Part shown: positions 1 to 13,109 of the stretch, piece by piece
Layout: each line of letters starts with the position of its first letter
Numbering within the stretch: position 1 is the stretch's first letter
Assembly: GCA_040285855.1 (NCBI GenBank)
Contig: JAUFOQ010000004.1
Coordinates: 558,001-622,000 of the forward strand
DNA length: 64,000 nucleotides
Reading direction: 5' to 3'
DNA from: Eukaryota sp. GEM-RC1
Taxonomy: Eukaryota
The notes under the pieces: model-generated
What the model was told of the DNA's origin: nothing
The model's database searches: none
What the model saw: only the letters and a program-made list of their open reading frames with translations
Made by a program: the position numbers and the translations under genes

Positions 1-349
1 ATCTTTGGAAATTACTTCCATCATTGTGCATTGTATTAATAAATTAAGATATTCCAACATCTCCCATCGTTATAAGAACATTCCAATGGAGTTGCTCCTT
101 CCCAGCTTCAATATCGAAAGAGTGGTTGAAAATGCTTGCTTCGAGAATAACATTAGGTCATAAGAGTCTTTTGACCGATATTGCTAAAAAAAATACCAAG
201 AAAATCAGTGTGATCGATTGTGCTATTAACCTTTACTGCTTCCAAATAATGCAAAAACTCATGACTTAAATTGTTCATTATCCAACTAGATTTACCAAAA
301 ATGAGGACCTATAACAAACATTATCTCCATAAATTTTAATTAAGGAACA

Positions 350-420
350 AAAAGCTAATGTGATTTTTAATGGCAATGAATGTTGCATTAATGATATTGA
401 GTTTTAGTTTGTGTATATAT
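350..420 (+). mobile_element. Short 3'-end remnant of a CRE-like non-LTR retrotransposon
   Basis: aaaagctaatgtgatttttaatggcaatga...aatgatattgagttttag closely matches the 3' end of the retro-fragment at ~11702-11765. Confidence 0.45.
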
Positions 421-1668
421 CTTACTGTTTTTGTTCCATAAATCTTTTTTTGAGAATTACACCGGCAGCAGTAATTGGTCTCACTGCAAATTATTCTTCG
501 ATAACTAATTGTGTCTCAAAATCTCAAACAAACAAACTTTTTCATATATTTCTGCTCAATGTACTTGTCGACTAAAATTGGTAAAGAAGTGTGTTCACAC
601 CAATACTAAATACACACACTGTTTCTTCATTACAAGAACATTCAAACTAGTATTGAACAACCATTTTGATTACTATTTTTGTACAATCAAGTTTATGTTG
701 ATGACAGTATTTGAAATCAAATCTGACTCCAAGAGGGACGAATGCTCTGACCACATTGATTCCTCTTGCCTGCTTTAATCCATCATACTCGACTTAGAGT
801 GTTCAAAGACACCTTCCCACAATGAACAGTAGAGTTGGAGAAAAAGTGTTAATGAGACAGATGTGTAATGCGTAACAAATAGTTCAAAACACAGAATGAA
901 TCGTAACTCGTTTGAGAATATGGCATTTGTGGATTTATAATAGACAATGAATGAAAAGGAGTGTGTTGACGAACATTGTTGCAGGCGCCAGAATTAGGTT
1001 CTGGAGGAGAAATCCACGCGGGTTCAATCTCCGTCGCTGTCATATATTTTTTTTCATTAATATTAGTTGAATTAAGAAATTAACCCAAAAGCCTTACTAA
1101 AATACTCGATTGTCTGTAAACTAAGCGGTATGCTTTCGAATGTTCCTCAATGATGATGTTTTGAACAATCAAATATCTAATTGATGTATATCATATGGTA
1201 GTTTAACTTTTTATATTACAAATATAGTATACCATCAGTATTGAAGGAGTGAATTTAAAGTAAGAGAAAAACATCATCTATTCATTACAGTTGTTGCTTC
1301 ACAGCATAAATTTTCCTGATCCTTGCTTCACAGTTAAGGCTCCAGGTCTGAGTCCTGTAATTGTACATGATCTTCGCTTCTATTATCAGTTAGAATCTCT
1401 CTCTGATTCAAGGAGTCCAGTTGCATTCCCTTTCTTCAACACGTTTTCCCTTCAAATCTTTTACAAGGGTTAGTTTCTAAGATAACTTGTGTTGGGCTTT
1501 GATGATTGGGTCTTCTGTTCTACTGATGCCAATTACGAACTATGTTACGATATCTCTGTGTAAATAATAGGTCTTTATCCAAAAATAAACAAAATAGAAT
1601 GGTACTAGTAGAGCAGGGATGTTAAAAAATATTTTTTTTATTTATTTATTGTCAACAGTTGGGTCTTT

Positions 1669-1924
1669 AATCTTAGTGAAGATTGTTAAAGAAAAAACAT
1701 CTAGGACCTTTGATCTTAGATTTTGGAAAAATCGAATCGTGTTTGCTATCTTTAAAGGTATGGTGACTTCTGTATCTAGCGCTTTATTATCTCTTGGCAG
1801 ACATTATGAAGATAAGGTAGGTGAAAATTTCCAGTTAGGCAATCTGGACTTTGAGAACATTGATTATTAGATGTATGTACACTGTAGTGTTGTTGTCAAT
1901 AAAACTTGTTATATTCAAAAAAAA
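1669..1924 (+). mobile_element. 5'-truncated 3' fragment of a CRE-like RLE non-LTR retrotransposon
   Basis: Nearly identical to ~20489-20715 (RTFDLRFWKNRIVFA.FKGMVTSVSS...); ends in an A-run; imperfect flanking repeat agttgggtc / agttgcgtc. Confidence 0.8.
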
Positions 1925-2644
1925 GTTGCGTCACCAATATATGTATTGTCTCAATCGGCAATATTCAATAATATTGCAATATGTTTCAATATTGTGACAA
2001 GATATTTTCGTGCCAAAGTGTCGTGTTTTCATTTGCAAATATCGATCTTTCTTCAAACAACTCGTTCAACGTTGTCTCAATTTTAGAAGATATGAAACCA
2101 AAAGTTGATCATACTGTTATGAATCAAAATGACTAAAGATTTTAGCTGTTCGAAAGAATGTTCAGTCGTACAATGCTTACTACTGGCACTCTTCGATCAC
2201 GTTTGCACCCTTCAAGTCTTTAGAAACAGTTACTATTACTGTACAACTCGCAACTTTGACATGAAAATACTATTCGAAGCATTTTTCTCCACAGTCCATG
2301 TCAAGATTTGTTGCACCAAGATTGAAATGTTATGGACGAAGAGTAGACTGCCTTACTACATCAGAAACTTTTTCTCTGATTGATCATACACCCTGTTTTT
2401 TCTACATTACACTAGTACTAGAAATATTGGCAATACATATATTTATTTATTGCCAAATTTGACAACATCAATATATTTATTGTAAACCCACACAATATTT
2501 TATTTAATTAAATAGATTAGAGTTTATTTGCAACAATAAATTAATAAATACTAATTCAGAAAATGAAAGAAGTTAAATTCTCCACATCAACACGAGAATT
2601 GTCCCTATACAACTTCGAATAAATGGAACATAAATACTTGGGAA

Positions 2645-3267
2645 CAGGCCCTCTCATAAGATAATTTAAAATAATTTGAACATCCAAAAGTGCCAAAAAT
2701 AAATGTGAAATAAATATAATTAAAACAAAATAAAACCCAAATAAAAACAAAATATTTTATTATACATCTAATCTGAGTCACTATTGCTGAATACACCATC
2801 CATTTCATCATCCCTTTCTTGTCGTAAAAGGTTAGTTGACTTTCTGCTTCGTACAATTGCTCTAACTGTGTCGTCATTCCATAGACATCTGTGGATCTTC
2901 AATATTAGTTCAATGTTCAGCATCGTAAATGACCATGAGAAAAACGTTCAATGATCATATGCCCGGGTATAGTCGTTGGATTGGGTTTACCTGTGTTGAA
3001 ATGGCAAAGTATGAGGAAAAATGTCTCAACCCTAATTTTTGTCTGAGCTTGAATATTTCACACATCATGTTTCAAGTCAATCAACAACCTTGAGCACTAA
3101 AATAAACTCATGTATTATATAGATCAATGAAGTTTACTTTCTGACATTTTATTTATATTTATTTATATTTTGTTTTATTTGCACGATCGCCAAAAAGGCT
3201 CAAAAATAAATATAAATAGAAATAAATAGAAATAAATAGAATTTATATTTATTTATGAGGAGCCCTG
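2645..3267. mobile_element. Non-autonomous hAT element (MITE)
   Basis: Imperfect TIRs CAGGCCCTCTCATAA / CAGGGCTCCTCATAA (reverse complement); perfect 8-bp TSD CTTGGGAA at 2637-2644 and 3268-3275; AAATAAAT-type subterminal repeats. Confidence 0.8.
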
Positions 3268-3537
3268 CTTGGGAATGCTTCTATAAAGAGCGAACATAAT
3301 TCGATTGATCCATACAGCGCTATTAAACACCTTGCCATTAGAACGACATAAAAGACTAAAATCACTGAAAAACTTTAAACCGGCTGGACCAATATTACCA
3401 AAAATTGAAATGGCAAATGGAACAAATGAAAACTTTGAAAAAATAATATTATATATTATATTTTAATTAAATATATTTTTTAACGTCCCTGATTTTAACA
3501 CCCCTACCCTTAAAATACATTTACTTTACCTTCTCAC

Positions 3538-4905
3538 ATGTCATCTAGATCCCAAGACAACATTATACCCCCTCTGAAACGTTTCCGATCTGCAGACGAT
3601 TCCAGCGATCCATTTCTAATTATTCCAGACACTTTGCTGACTAAGGTACTCTCACACCGTCTTCTACTGTTTCTTACTAATTTACATGGGCAGTACACTT
3701 CAGTACACGTCATCATTTGTCATTTTTTACATCAGAATGCCCATGTAAGCCAACGGTTCTACAACGTTGCTTTTCAAGCAGTCAGTTCACTTCTTTCCAC
3801 TCGTACACTAACATTATACTCTCATGAACTTAACTCGATTCTTTCCCTGTGTTGTGTCTTCAAAGCTCAGTTACACTCTGTTTATTTAAAGTGTGATGAG
3901 TTTTGTCCTGAAGATCTCAATCATCCTCTTCTTTTGAACGCTCCTCTTCGTGGCTTGAGCATCTCTTCTGATTGTGATCTTTTTGATCCTACTGGTTCAA
4001 AGGAAAGTCAAATGAAGTCTTGCTTCCAACTGCAACAACTCAAGATCTATCGAAAGTCTGACGCTTCTTTGTCTCCCCTATTTATTACCAATTTGAAAGC
4101 CTTCACGTCTCTTGTGGAATTAGATGTTTCAGGGGTTATGATACCACCTGATGTGGCTGAATCCTTAGCCAGTATTTTAGCTGGTAACGTGGCTTTAAAA
4201 AGGTCAACTTTGGTAATTGTTGTCTTGAGGAACAAGCCTTTTGTTCATTATGTAATGGATTGAGTCAAAGTAAGTCTATTGTTGACGTGACATTTACTGA
4301 AAATTCCACCAATGATGCTACTTCATTTGTTGATTTGTTGGAAAAGAATTCAAATATTCAAAAATTTAATTTTCCAAGTTTTGGGGAAGACGGTATGTCA
4401 GTTCTAGCTGTCTTGAAAAATGCAACTAATATCAAAGATGTGTCCTTTTCACAGACGGTGTTCCAAGATGAATTAGTAAATCAAAATTTTGAGTGTTTTC
4501 ATAATTTGAAAAGTCTTCGATTTTATCAGTGTGAGTTTCAACCGTCTTTTTTCTCTTTTCTTCCAATGCCTTTCTTCCAATGTTTCTCTTCTTGAAGTTG
4601 AAATCGGCGGAGCTGCTTTCACTGAAGATGATGCAACCACCTTGACTCAAATGTTGAAATCAAATCAATTCTTGCAAATTTTAAAATTCCACGATTGCTT
4701 CTTTACCGAGGAGATTATGATTGAGATCACAGAGGCATTGTCTTTGAATAATTCCCTTGTATTGGTTCAGTTCTCTGATGTTGAAGACGAAGAAGTTTTA
4801 GAAGTTCTTTCTGATGCTTTTAAGAATAACTCTGTAACAGCGCGAATTGATGTTTCTCCTCATTTGATTGATAGTAAAAGCGGGAAAGTTATAATTAATT
4901 TCTAA
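3538..4905 (+). CDS. RNI-like leucine-rich repeat protein, split by two frameshifts (~4200, ~4555)
   Basis: Three consecutive overlapping ORFs with RNI-type motifs (SLVELDVSG, LAGNVALK, LKSNQFLQILKF, LSLNNSLVLVQF). Confidence 0.6.
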
Positions 4906-6899
4906 TTTTGTTGATATATTAAACTTTCTTTTGATACTGATACTAGCTACAATTACTTTGAGCCCTATAGTCCTTGAGTCCTTTTAACGTCACCGATAAT
5001 TTGAATTACTCTCGATAGAAACTAATTCCGGTATGAGCGAGTCAATGTTCACCATCCAAACCCTACGTTTGTATCATTTTAAGAGAAAACCGTGACAATA
5101 ATATATATATGTACAATGTAAATGTTTTTAGCAACGTAGAAGCAGCGTGAAGGTGACTTGTATTTCTGTGGTCTGGTTTAAATCAATCAAAATTTATATT
5201 TGTTCCTTTTGTAATTCATATTTTTGGAAGAATTGATAAAGTTGATTCTCAATTTTTAACTGATTTTGATCTATGTGTAAGTCTCAGAAACAGAGATTCA
5301 ACTTATCAATTTGACATAACCGTTTGATTGTACTTTCTGTTTGATCTACGCCCAAACTTGTTAAATCAATAACCACGGAGTTGTTCAAGAACTGTGGTAC
5401 TGTTGAACAGGAGTTTTCTGTGTCCAGTGTGTGTTTCATAGCTTTTATTTTGATTTAGTTCATTTCATCTTTTATCATTTTGTACAATGAACTATAAACT
5501 ACAATGTAATCCCTAAAAAAGGACAACAAAAGACATAAAGAATTTGAGCCCTTTGACTCCAAACCTGGAACAAATAGACGAAGATGAGGATTTACGATTG
5601 TAATAGTAAGAGGACAGAATAGACAATGTGACCATCAACAAAACACAAAAGGTAGAGTACGCAACACGGCCACACGTGTGTCACACGGATTACAGTTTTT
5701 CACACTGTGTGTTTGCGTTAGACGTTTATGTTGTGTCGGTTCTATCCATTCTTTTTAGCTTAAAAGTTAAAAGTTTATCTCTAAATGCAAATTACTTTGT
5801 CCATCCTCTATATATGTTTAAAATACTGCGCGCTGCTATCTTCATCCTTTTGACTTTGATTAAGGACAAATATTGTATTTCAAGAGATTTCACACAATCC
5901 GCAAGTTACACGGATTCTGGATTTACTCTGGATTCGCACCAGATTGGACTTTCGTGTGAATAAGTGACAACTTTTTCTTCATTTTCATTTATTTATGAGA
6001 TCTGTGTTGTCTTTCTGTCAGTCTTGAGTGTAAACTCAGCTTTCTGACTTGGATTTCCCAACAAGTATCAGAATCAGTAAATACCAGAGCAACCAGTGTG
6101 GTAAACTCGTCCTCTCCAGAAGCTAACCATACAATTAAACAGAATATCATTGTGCCAAAAGATATTAGCAAAAAACAATAGTAGAACTTCATTATGTGGA
6201 AGAAGATGATACCCATGACGTGAAAAACTTATGGAAGTGAAACCGAAAAAAAATAACTAACTTCAACACTGAAAGCATAATACATCTAGTGTAACCTAGC
6301 TCTCAGTATGATCTCATGTCGGCATTATTCACATCGAAGATGATGTGGTTTTTCCTATGATGCAGACATCTGACTAGTATCACTGATCATCCTTGTTGAT
6401 GTTGTTAGGACTTTGAAAAACTGAAAGTTGTATGTGTACCAGCCGGTTAGTGACAAGTATCACCAACATTCTACATGTAGTATCAAATATAGTTTATAAA
6501 CAACAAGTACGAAAAATATAAAATGAACACTACATCAACTACGTTTTAATTAGTAACAGTTGAGGGTTAAAGACAATCAAATGCTGGTGTATGACTAGTT
6601 CTCTTTATAGTGACTATCAGAATATTACAAGCAATTTTTTCAGTACATTTATCTTCATAAATCATTCTACGACACTAATAGGGAGTCTAGTCACTAATAT
6701 AGGGAGATGGAAACGAACCTAGCCCTCAGTCCAGATCACGTGGACGGATAACGTGATGGGACGCCATGTATGATGAATTGACATCAGAGAGGGTACAGGG
6801 ACAAACACAACAACTAAACAAGTTTTTTCAGACAAGCAATTTTATGCTTACCATTCGAAGCTGACGATAGCTAAACCACCCACACAAACTAAGTTTTGG

Positions 6900-7268
6900 A
6901 TGGTTTGGGTAGAGATTATTATCTACGGTCTTTTGGTGATAGGAATTATTATAAATACTATGCTACACATAATAATTTCTTCTACAAATCACTTGAACTG
7001 GATGCTCTTCACTGCACTTCTGTCTTTATTCACTTTGGTATTGTCCATTTCTGGGCCTCGTCTTTCTCCAATTTCGCACGGTGTTTATACCGGAGTTCTG
7101 ACCTTTGGTACAGCAGGTGCTATCTGTATCGTCTTTGTAGTTAGATATTGTCTACGCGAAAGGTTTTTTGATTTATATTTACGTATCATTCAATGCTTTC
7201 TGATTTCTTCCATTAATCTATACCAAACAATATGGACTACATTGGCTTACTGTTGGAAGTTTTGGTAG
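6900..7268 (+). CDS. Small hydrophobic hypothetical membrane protein (122 aa)
   Basis: ATG-initiated ORF with 3-4 hydrophobic segments; no recognisable family. Confidence 0.35.
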   Translation: MVWVEIIIYGLLVIGIIINTMLHIIISSTNHLNWMLFTALLSLFTLVLSISGPRLSPISHGVYTGVLTFGTAGAICIVFVVRYCLRERFFDLYLRIIQCFLISSINLYQTIWTTLAYCWKFW

Positions 7269-8085
7269 CTACTCTTTTTTTATTAGAATAGCAACATAGG
7301 AAAGTATCCGTCAACAGTTTATCATAGTTCAAATACTCCAATATTCAAATATTTAAATAATAGGGTCACTGAGAGTAATTATTAAGTTGAATTCTTTAGA
7401 TCATTTAAGAAAGCAACTACAACTGGATATAGTTTAATCTATATAGTTGGTTGAGATTAGAATAACTAAATATCAAGTATTTAGTCAAATTTCGTTGAAA
7501 ACAAATGTTTACAAATATCTAAAGAAGAATTAAACAATGTCGGAAGTCACTTCCAACATTTAAGTAAAAAGATTAATCACGTGATTCCAATGACTTCTGA
7601 TGACTTCTTCCTTTCCACCAAGAACCACAGCATTTAAAGGCATCATCCGGATCATCTCCATCAATGTATTGAAGTACAGTTCTAGCTCATCACTTCAAGT
7701 ATCACGTGATCAAATCTTCCTTCAATCTCTGAAAGATCTTGGATAGACACAGTAAGGTTGTGAAAGACAATAAGCGAAAGTCCTTGGGATAGTTCAGGAA
7801 AACCTTTGATTTAAGAAGATATGCATATAACTAAGATTTCCTTGAAGTGCTTCAAAAGCTAATTCAATGGAAAGCAATACCAAGCCGAGTCGGAACTAAA
7901 GCGATGATACTGACGTTGAACAGCCTTAATGTCAGAAATGTCTTCTCCTTGTGTTACTTAGTTACTAAGGGGGAGAAACGAGTAGGAGGGATGGAAGCAA
8001 GACGAGATTAAGATTCAGCAGAGGAATCATTTGGGACATTGATGTGAGGAGGAAAATGAGGAGGTGAGTTGGTGATACTACGAGT

Positions 8086-8472
8086 CTATGTTCGGTTCAA
8101 AACGGTGTTGGAAAATATTCCACACGTGTTGAATAAATACTGAGCAGAAGAACAGAATAACTCACTTTAAGATCAACCAACAGAAAAACACATCTATTTT
8201 TCACTCATGTTACACTTGAACCAAATTGATAAATTGGAACTGATTTTAAACGATTCCAGAACTGATAACATGAAAAGCTCATCAATAATCCATACATTTA
8301 AGTAAACTTTGGAGTAAACTTGAATTTTCTACCTTTAATCAATACAGTTTTATCAAGAACAGTAGAAATTTAGCCAATTTCATTGAAGTGACATAGAAGA
8401 ATGACATATCCAACACGTGTTGAAGTTCTGACCAACACCATTCAACACGTGTTGAGGTGGCTCCGAACATAG
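8086..8472. mobile_element. hAT-type MITE
   Basis: TIR CTATGTTCGG...CCGAACATAG; perfect 8-bp TSD CTACGAGT at 8078-8085 and 8473-8480; subterminal ACACGTGTTG repeats at both ends. Confidence 0.85.
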
Positions 8473-9302
8473 CTACGAGTAGATCTTTGATCTACACTAG
8501 TGATCTCACTAGTTAGCACTTGGTGTAATTGGGTATTGCTGAGGTTCAGACCTTCATGGTGGAGCAGAGTCAAATTGGATCCATATTCACTTATGTATGG
8601 TATGTTTTCTTGAGATTGAGAAATGCACCAAATGATTCGGACTGATTGTAAACTAAAAGTTCGTAGGTATCAACAGAAGAAAAGTTTTGAGATCAAGAAT
8701 CAGATTTCTGGATCAGTCCTGTTGCTGAACTTCCTTGGTCCTAAACCACTATTTTATGTACAAACAACGATCCTGATGTACAACATAACATTTATGAAGA
8801 CACAACAAGATTTGATGATCAATGCAATATTTTTGTTTGGAATATTGGTCCAGACCAAAGATGAACACTGGTAATTCCTCAAATTCAGAGTAATTGTTGT
8901 GAAGAGTGTAACACTTTATTGTTCGAGTTATAGAATTTGAGTCTATTTTAGACTGGAAAAAGGGACCATGATTTAGTTTCGAGTTATAGAGATTTTCGAT
9001 TTGCAGAGGTTCGAGATAAACAGAGTTGACCGCAAAATGACAAATTAACCTACACTCTCTTCTTTAATTAGTGACAAACATGTCAACAGAAACAATCTCT
9101 AAGTTAAAAAGACCATTAAAGGAGACTTCTGAAGACTTCTTTCTTTTCTCAATAAAATACCAATGCTAATAAGAAACCATTGTTCTTCCCAAAAAAGAAC
9201 ATCAACTTGAAAAAACAAAAATTAACCAAAGAACAAGATTTGGGTAAATGAACAAAGGAAATGTGAATAAAACAGCAACTGTTTGTTGAGCTAATCCAAC
9301 AA

Positions 9303-10184
9303 CTAACTCAGTGACGAATGACGTGATATTGGCAGGATATTTGATTTGTGACCTGATTTCCATCTTGAAGAGAACTGTAAAGGACCTACATAATTCCCTT
9401 TAAAAACATTTTGTTCTTTCCACTTTGGTTTTAAACTAAAATAACGACAATTGTTGATTGACGACTGTTTACAATCACGATTGTCATCATCTTTATCACC
9501 GTCCTCTGTCGTTGAAAGATCCCTACAGACAGCACAATCACAATTGATCTCTTTTGCTTGTGATTTCAGTAGCGTAAGCCTTTCAACTAGGGAAACGTAT
9601 TTAGAAAACTTCATACCAAAACTACTTTGAGAGGAAAGTTGTTGTTTTAAATTTGAAATAGTTGATTGAAGCTCTGTTGCCTGAATTTTTAAATTTTTGA
9701 TTTGTATTTCATACTGGACGTTTGTCGCTCTATAATCCTTAGTTTCGTATGATTCCAACTGTAACACCAGGGATTCATTTACTCTTCGAAGAGAATTCAA
9801 GTCACTTTTGAGCTTTTTGTTGTGATCATTAACGTCTGATATTTGGACCTCAAAACCAGCTAGAAGTTCAGAATCAATAGCTGTAGAAGCAGTGGTTGGA
9901 AGAGGGGAGGATTGAGGAGCAGATACTGAGTCTGAATCATGAAGATTCATAAGAAGTGCTTCCAAGGAGTATGATGAGGACAAAAATGACGGAGATGAAG
10001 AAAGAGAAGAGTATTTAAAAGAAGTCTGTGTGGTGGGTTCATCAGATTGGAGGATAGGTTCGTCGTCATCATCATCATCATACATAGAAGTAAGTGGTGT
10101 CTTTGGGATAGAGATAACAGGGCTGAGAGCTTCAGGTGACGGAGAGTTGACATCCCCAAGAAAATGAGGACCAGAGAAGGACAT
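9303..10184 (-). CDS. Hypothetical coiled-coil protein (293 aa)
   Basis: Long ORF with a Ser/Pro/Asp-rich N-terminus, heptad-rich middle and CxCxxC motif. Confidence 0.6.
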   Translation of the reverse strand: MSFSGPHFLGDVNSPSPEALSPVISIPKTPLTSMYDDDDDDEPILQSDEPTTQTSFKYSSLSSSPSFLSSSYSLEALLMNLHDSDSVSAPQSSPLPTTASTAIDSELLAGFEVQISDVNDHNKKLKSDLNSLRRVNESLVLQLESYETKDYRATNVQYEIQIKNLKIQATELQSTISNLKQQLSSQSSFGMKFSKYVSLVERLTLLKSQAKEINCDCAVCRDLSTTEDGDKDDDNRDCKQSSINNCRYFSLKPKWKEQNVFKGNYVGPLQFSSRWKSGHKSNILPISRHSSLS

Positions 10185-10471
10185 TTGCTTCAGTTGGGAA
10201 CAGTGATCGTCAAAATATAAAACCGTAAATACGGTAACTTTTCAGATAAATCCGTAAATAATTTCCGTATTTTACGGAACGATATATTTTACGGTAACAT
10301 TATTACTTTCCGTAAATAATTGCAATACGGAACCGTATTTCACCGTAAATTTATTTTTGAATTGACTACAACAAGAATTGATATGATAATGTTGAGATGT
10401 TTATTCGGCACCCAATAAGGTAACCTTCCTACAAACTATGAAATTGTAAAAACAAACAAATAATACTAAGA

Positions 10472-11065
10472 TTAAATCCAAACGACTTCATCACCACGCG
10501 GTAAAAGATTACGTTTATCAACATTAACCTTCACACCAAACTTGTACAATTTCTCAATTAATCTAGAGAAATAGAAAGGCATGTTCCGATATAAGGAAAA
10601 CACTATACGGTTTTTCCATTCAGCCATTCTAAACTTACGCTTCTTTTCTTTACACAATTCATCGAAATCTTTGAAAAATTGATCACCAGCAGGACTAATA
10701 GATCCAAAAAGAGAAACAGCAAAAGGTTGAAACACAAATTTGGAATATGAGTTTCTATTTAATTCTTCTACTTGAGAGTCATACTTGGAGTGTTTGAGCT
10801 TTTCAGCTGCTGTTAATGGATTAAAAGAAGAATCTAATATCCTACTAACACAAGATTTGTTACATACATCTACTGTAGTAAAATCCATTAATGATTGACT
10901 CGACTTAAGCCACGGAGTATGTAGATCCCCTCTTTTTGATCAGTAAATTCATTTTCTGAAAGATGATTCAAAACTGGTTCAACTTTAGAGTGAAAACCAT
11001 GTGCTTTAAACATGGAATAACAAGAATCACGTACACCATCATGAATTACTGCACGGAGATGAATA
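10472..11065 (-). mobile_element. 3' fragment of an RLE-type non-LTR retrotransposon (diverged subfamily)
   Basis: ORF with DFTTVDVC...K..KY...FQPFAVSLFGS...WKNRIVF, homologous to the endonuclease region at 20021-20728. Confidence 0.7.
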
Positions 11066-11166
11066 AAATAAAAATAATAAGATAATGTTTGTTCTAGTTT
11101 GTTTGTAGTAATAATTTTTTAATGTTCAGTATCATATTTATTTCAACAATACATTCCCCTTGTCTT

Positions 11167-11900
11167 CTAAATATCATCGATGTCCAATTCATTGATGTCA
11201 GATTCGTCATTCTCATCGTCCTCATTTGGGAACCGCTGCAGTATGTTTTCGACTAAGTACTTGTCCCAATACTTTCTGTTATATAAGAGGAACAATTGTT
11301 GTTCTAGTAAACTCCATTTCAAACGGCGACGCTGAGAACCAATCGCTCTCTTAGCCTGTGAAAACAGCCGTTCTGCTTCATTCGATGCAGCAGGAATGAA
11401 TCGTAAGCTTATGTAGTCAGTTCCGGCTGAAGACTGTCTAGTTCTGATATCCCTTTCTCTTCTTAAGCCAAGTGACAAAAATGGGTGTTGAGTACAAATT
11501 ATGTCCTTTTGCAATTTCAATTTATGGTCGACTTGGTAGAGATGCTCTTTGTTTTCTCTCCGATTTTGAGAAAGTGGTTAAAAAGAATGAACAAGAAATT
11601 TGATTTCAAATTTTGGTTGAATCGTATTGTTTTTACAATATTTAAAACAATTCCTATCATGATTTCAAAAGCTCTATTAGCTCTCAGTGTTTTTTATGAA
11701 GAAAAAAGCTGATGTGAGTTTTAATGGCAATGATTGTTTGCTTTAATGATATTGAGTTCTAGTATTTGTGTTTATTTTAGTTTTTTTATTCCTTAAAATT
11801 AATAAAATGGGTCGACAGCACTTGCACTGGTAGCAGTCGGAAGAGATTACAGAATGGTTCCTGGGAGGCTGTGCAGGGTCTGCCAGCTTCGTAAAGAAGT
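11167..11900 (-). pseudogene. hAT transposase C-terminal (dimerisation-like) remnant, interrupted by a retro-fragment
   Basis: IPAASNEAERLFSQAK...R..L...LEQQLFL motif; removing the insert and one TSD copy restores the frame (...SAVDPFLSLGL...). Confidence 0.7.
11487..11803 (+). mobile_element. 5'-truncated CRE-like non-LTR 3' fragment
   Basis: KFDFKFWLNRIVFTIFK motif shared with other copies; 9-bp TSD AAAATGGGT at 11478-11486 and 11804-11812. Confidence 0.75.
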
Positions 11901-13109
11901 GTTCGTCTTGGCATTGTTTACGGAAAAATACATATTTTACGGTAATGTTTTACCGTAAATAATTTCCGTATTTTACGGCAAGCTCTATTTTACGGAAAGC
12001 AGTAGTTGGTACCGTACCGTATTTACGGTTTCACCGTAAATACGCTGTTTTTATTTTACGGTTTGACGATCACTGGTTGGGAAGTGAAGGACAAATCATC
12101 TTCTAGTTCTGTTTCTCTTCCACGATCTACGCGTCTCCCTCAATAGCACTAGCAGTAGAATTATGCATACTGGTAACTCTAGAAAAATTGATGCAAACAA
12201 TTAACATTGCAAATAGAACATATAATTGGTAACTACAGTACTAGTAAATGACAAATCAACCAAGCAAAATTTGTTTCTTCACTTAATCTGGACCGTTGAT
12301 CTTTGGTATGCTTTTTGGATTTTTTCTCTTCTTCTTTCTTTTTACTGTACAGAGCAGAACTTTTTGTTTTTAACTGATCCTTCAAGACATATGGGACCCG
12401 TGGTCCCTTAAACGTATTTCATCAAGTGACAAACTTGGTTAGAAATCAGTGTAAATTCCTAACACATGTTAACACGCATTTTATGTGACAGGCCGTGTCA
12501 GTGTTAGCGTTCACTGAGCTGTTTCTTATACAGATATCATTTATTAATTGGTAACATACCTGCTTTAGATCACCTTTAAACAGGACTTTAAAAGAATACC
12601 ATGTTTACATGGTTTGAGAAAAGATCGCGATAAGACTTGTAAAGAACACTACAGTATTGAAAATGTAGAGAAGTTGGTCCTTTAAATAAAGAATCTCTAT
12701 CAGAGTGTAACAAGAAACCCTTAAGAAACACCATTAGGAAACTCCTTAGATATCTAGTAACTAACATTAAACAGAAGTTGATGAAGGAACGATTGCTTTC
12801 TTTCCTTTACATAAGGAATGAAGCGTGAAGATTTTGTGCTGAATGGTTGGGTGTGTGGGCAGTATATTTAAGCAAACAACAAATATGTTATCTTTTGTAC
12901 TAACTGAAGGCAAGCGGAGGCTGATATGGGAACCTAAGGCTGAAAAAGGGAAACCCCCTAGTGAGATCTTGCCGAATCATCCATAATGTTTATGTTGTAT
13001 GCGATGAGTAGAAGAAACTAGCTTTATATACTAAAAGTAGTAACTGTTTTGAGTTATAAGAAATACAGAATGTAGAAGGAGAAAACGTTTACAAGTTCAC
13101 CATCACATC

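Larger units (their letters stand above)
1614..3491. mobile_element. hAT-like terminal inverted repeat pair enclosing nested insertions (no TSD)
   Basis: CAGGGATGTTAAAAAATAT at 1614 versus the reverse complement of the end at 3491, CAGGGACGTTAAAAAATAT (18/19). Flanks (tagtagag / attttaac) do not match, so the ends may belong to two copies. Confidence 0.45.
10201..12075 (-). mobile_element. Deleted hAT element carrying two nested retrotransposon fragments
   Basis: 14-bp TIR CAGTGATCGTCAAA / TTTGACGATCACTG; 8-bp TSD GTTGGGAA at 10193-10200 and 12076-12083; many CCGTAAA/TTTACGG subterminal motifs; internal transposase remnant. Confidence 0.9.

Noticed and set aside
6338..6392. Possible box C/D snoRNA (GATGATG...CTGATCATC); similar boxes at ~6769-6864
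   Set aside because: Imperfect C box and no guide complementarity I can verify
7500..8590. Decayed minus-strand coding-like sequence interrupted by the 8086-8472 MITE
   Set aside because: Multiple stops and no recognisable family
8915..9035. Repeated TTCGAG(T/A)TA motifs ending GAGTTGACCG, like a pogo-type end; similar start-like motif at ~29861-29920
   Set aside because: No partner TIR or TSD found; too degraded to call
12909..13026. GGCAAG/CTTGCC-closed GC-rich stretch resembling a ribozyme or RNase P/MRP core
   Set aside because: No hammerhead CUGANGA core, poor CR-I match and too short; an Rfam cmscan would settle it
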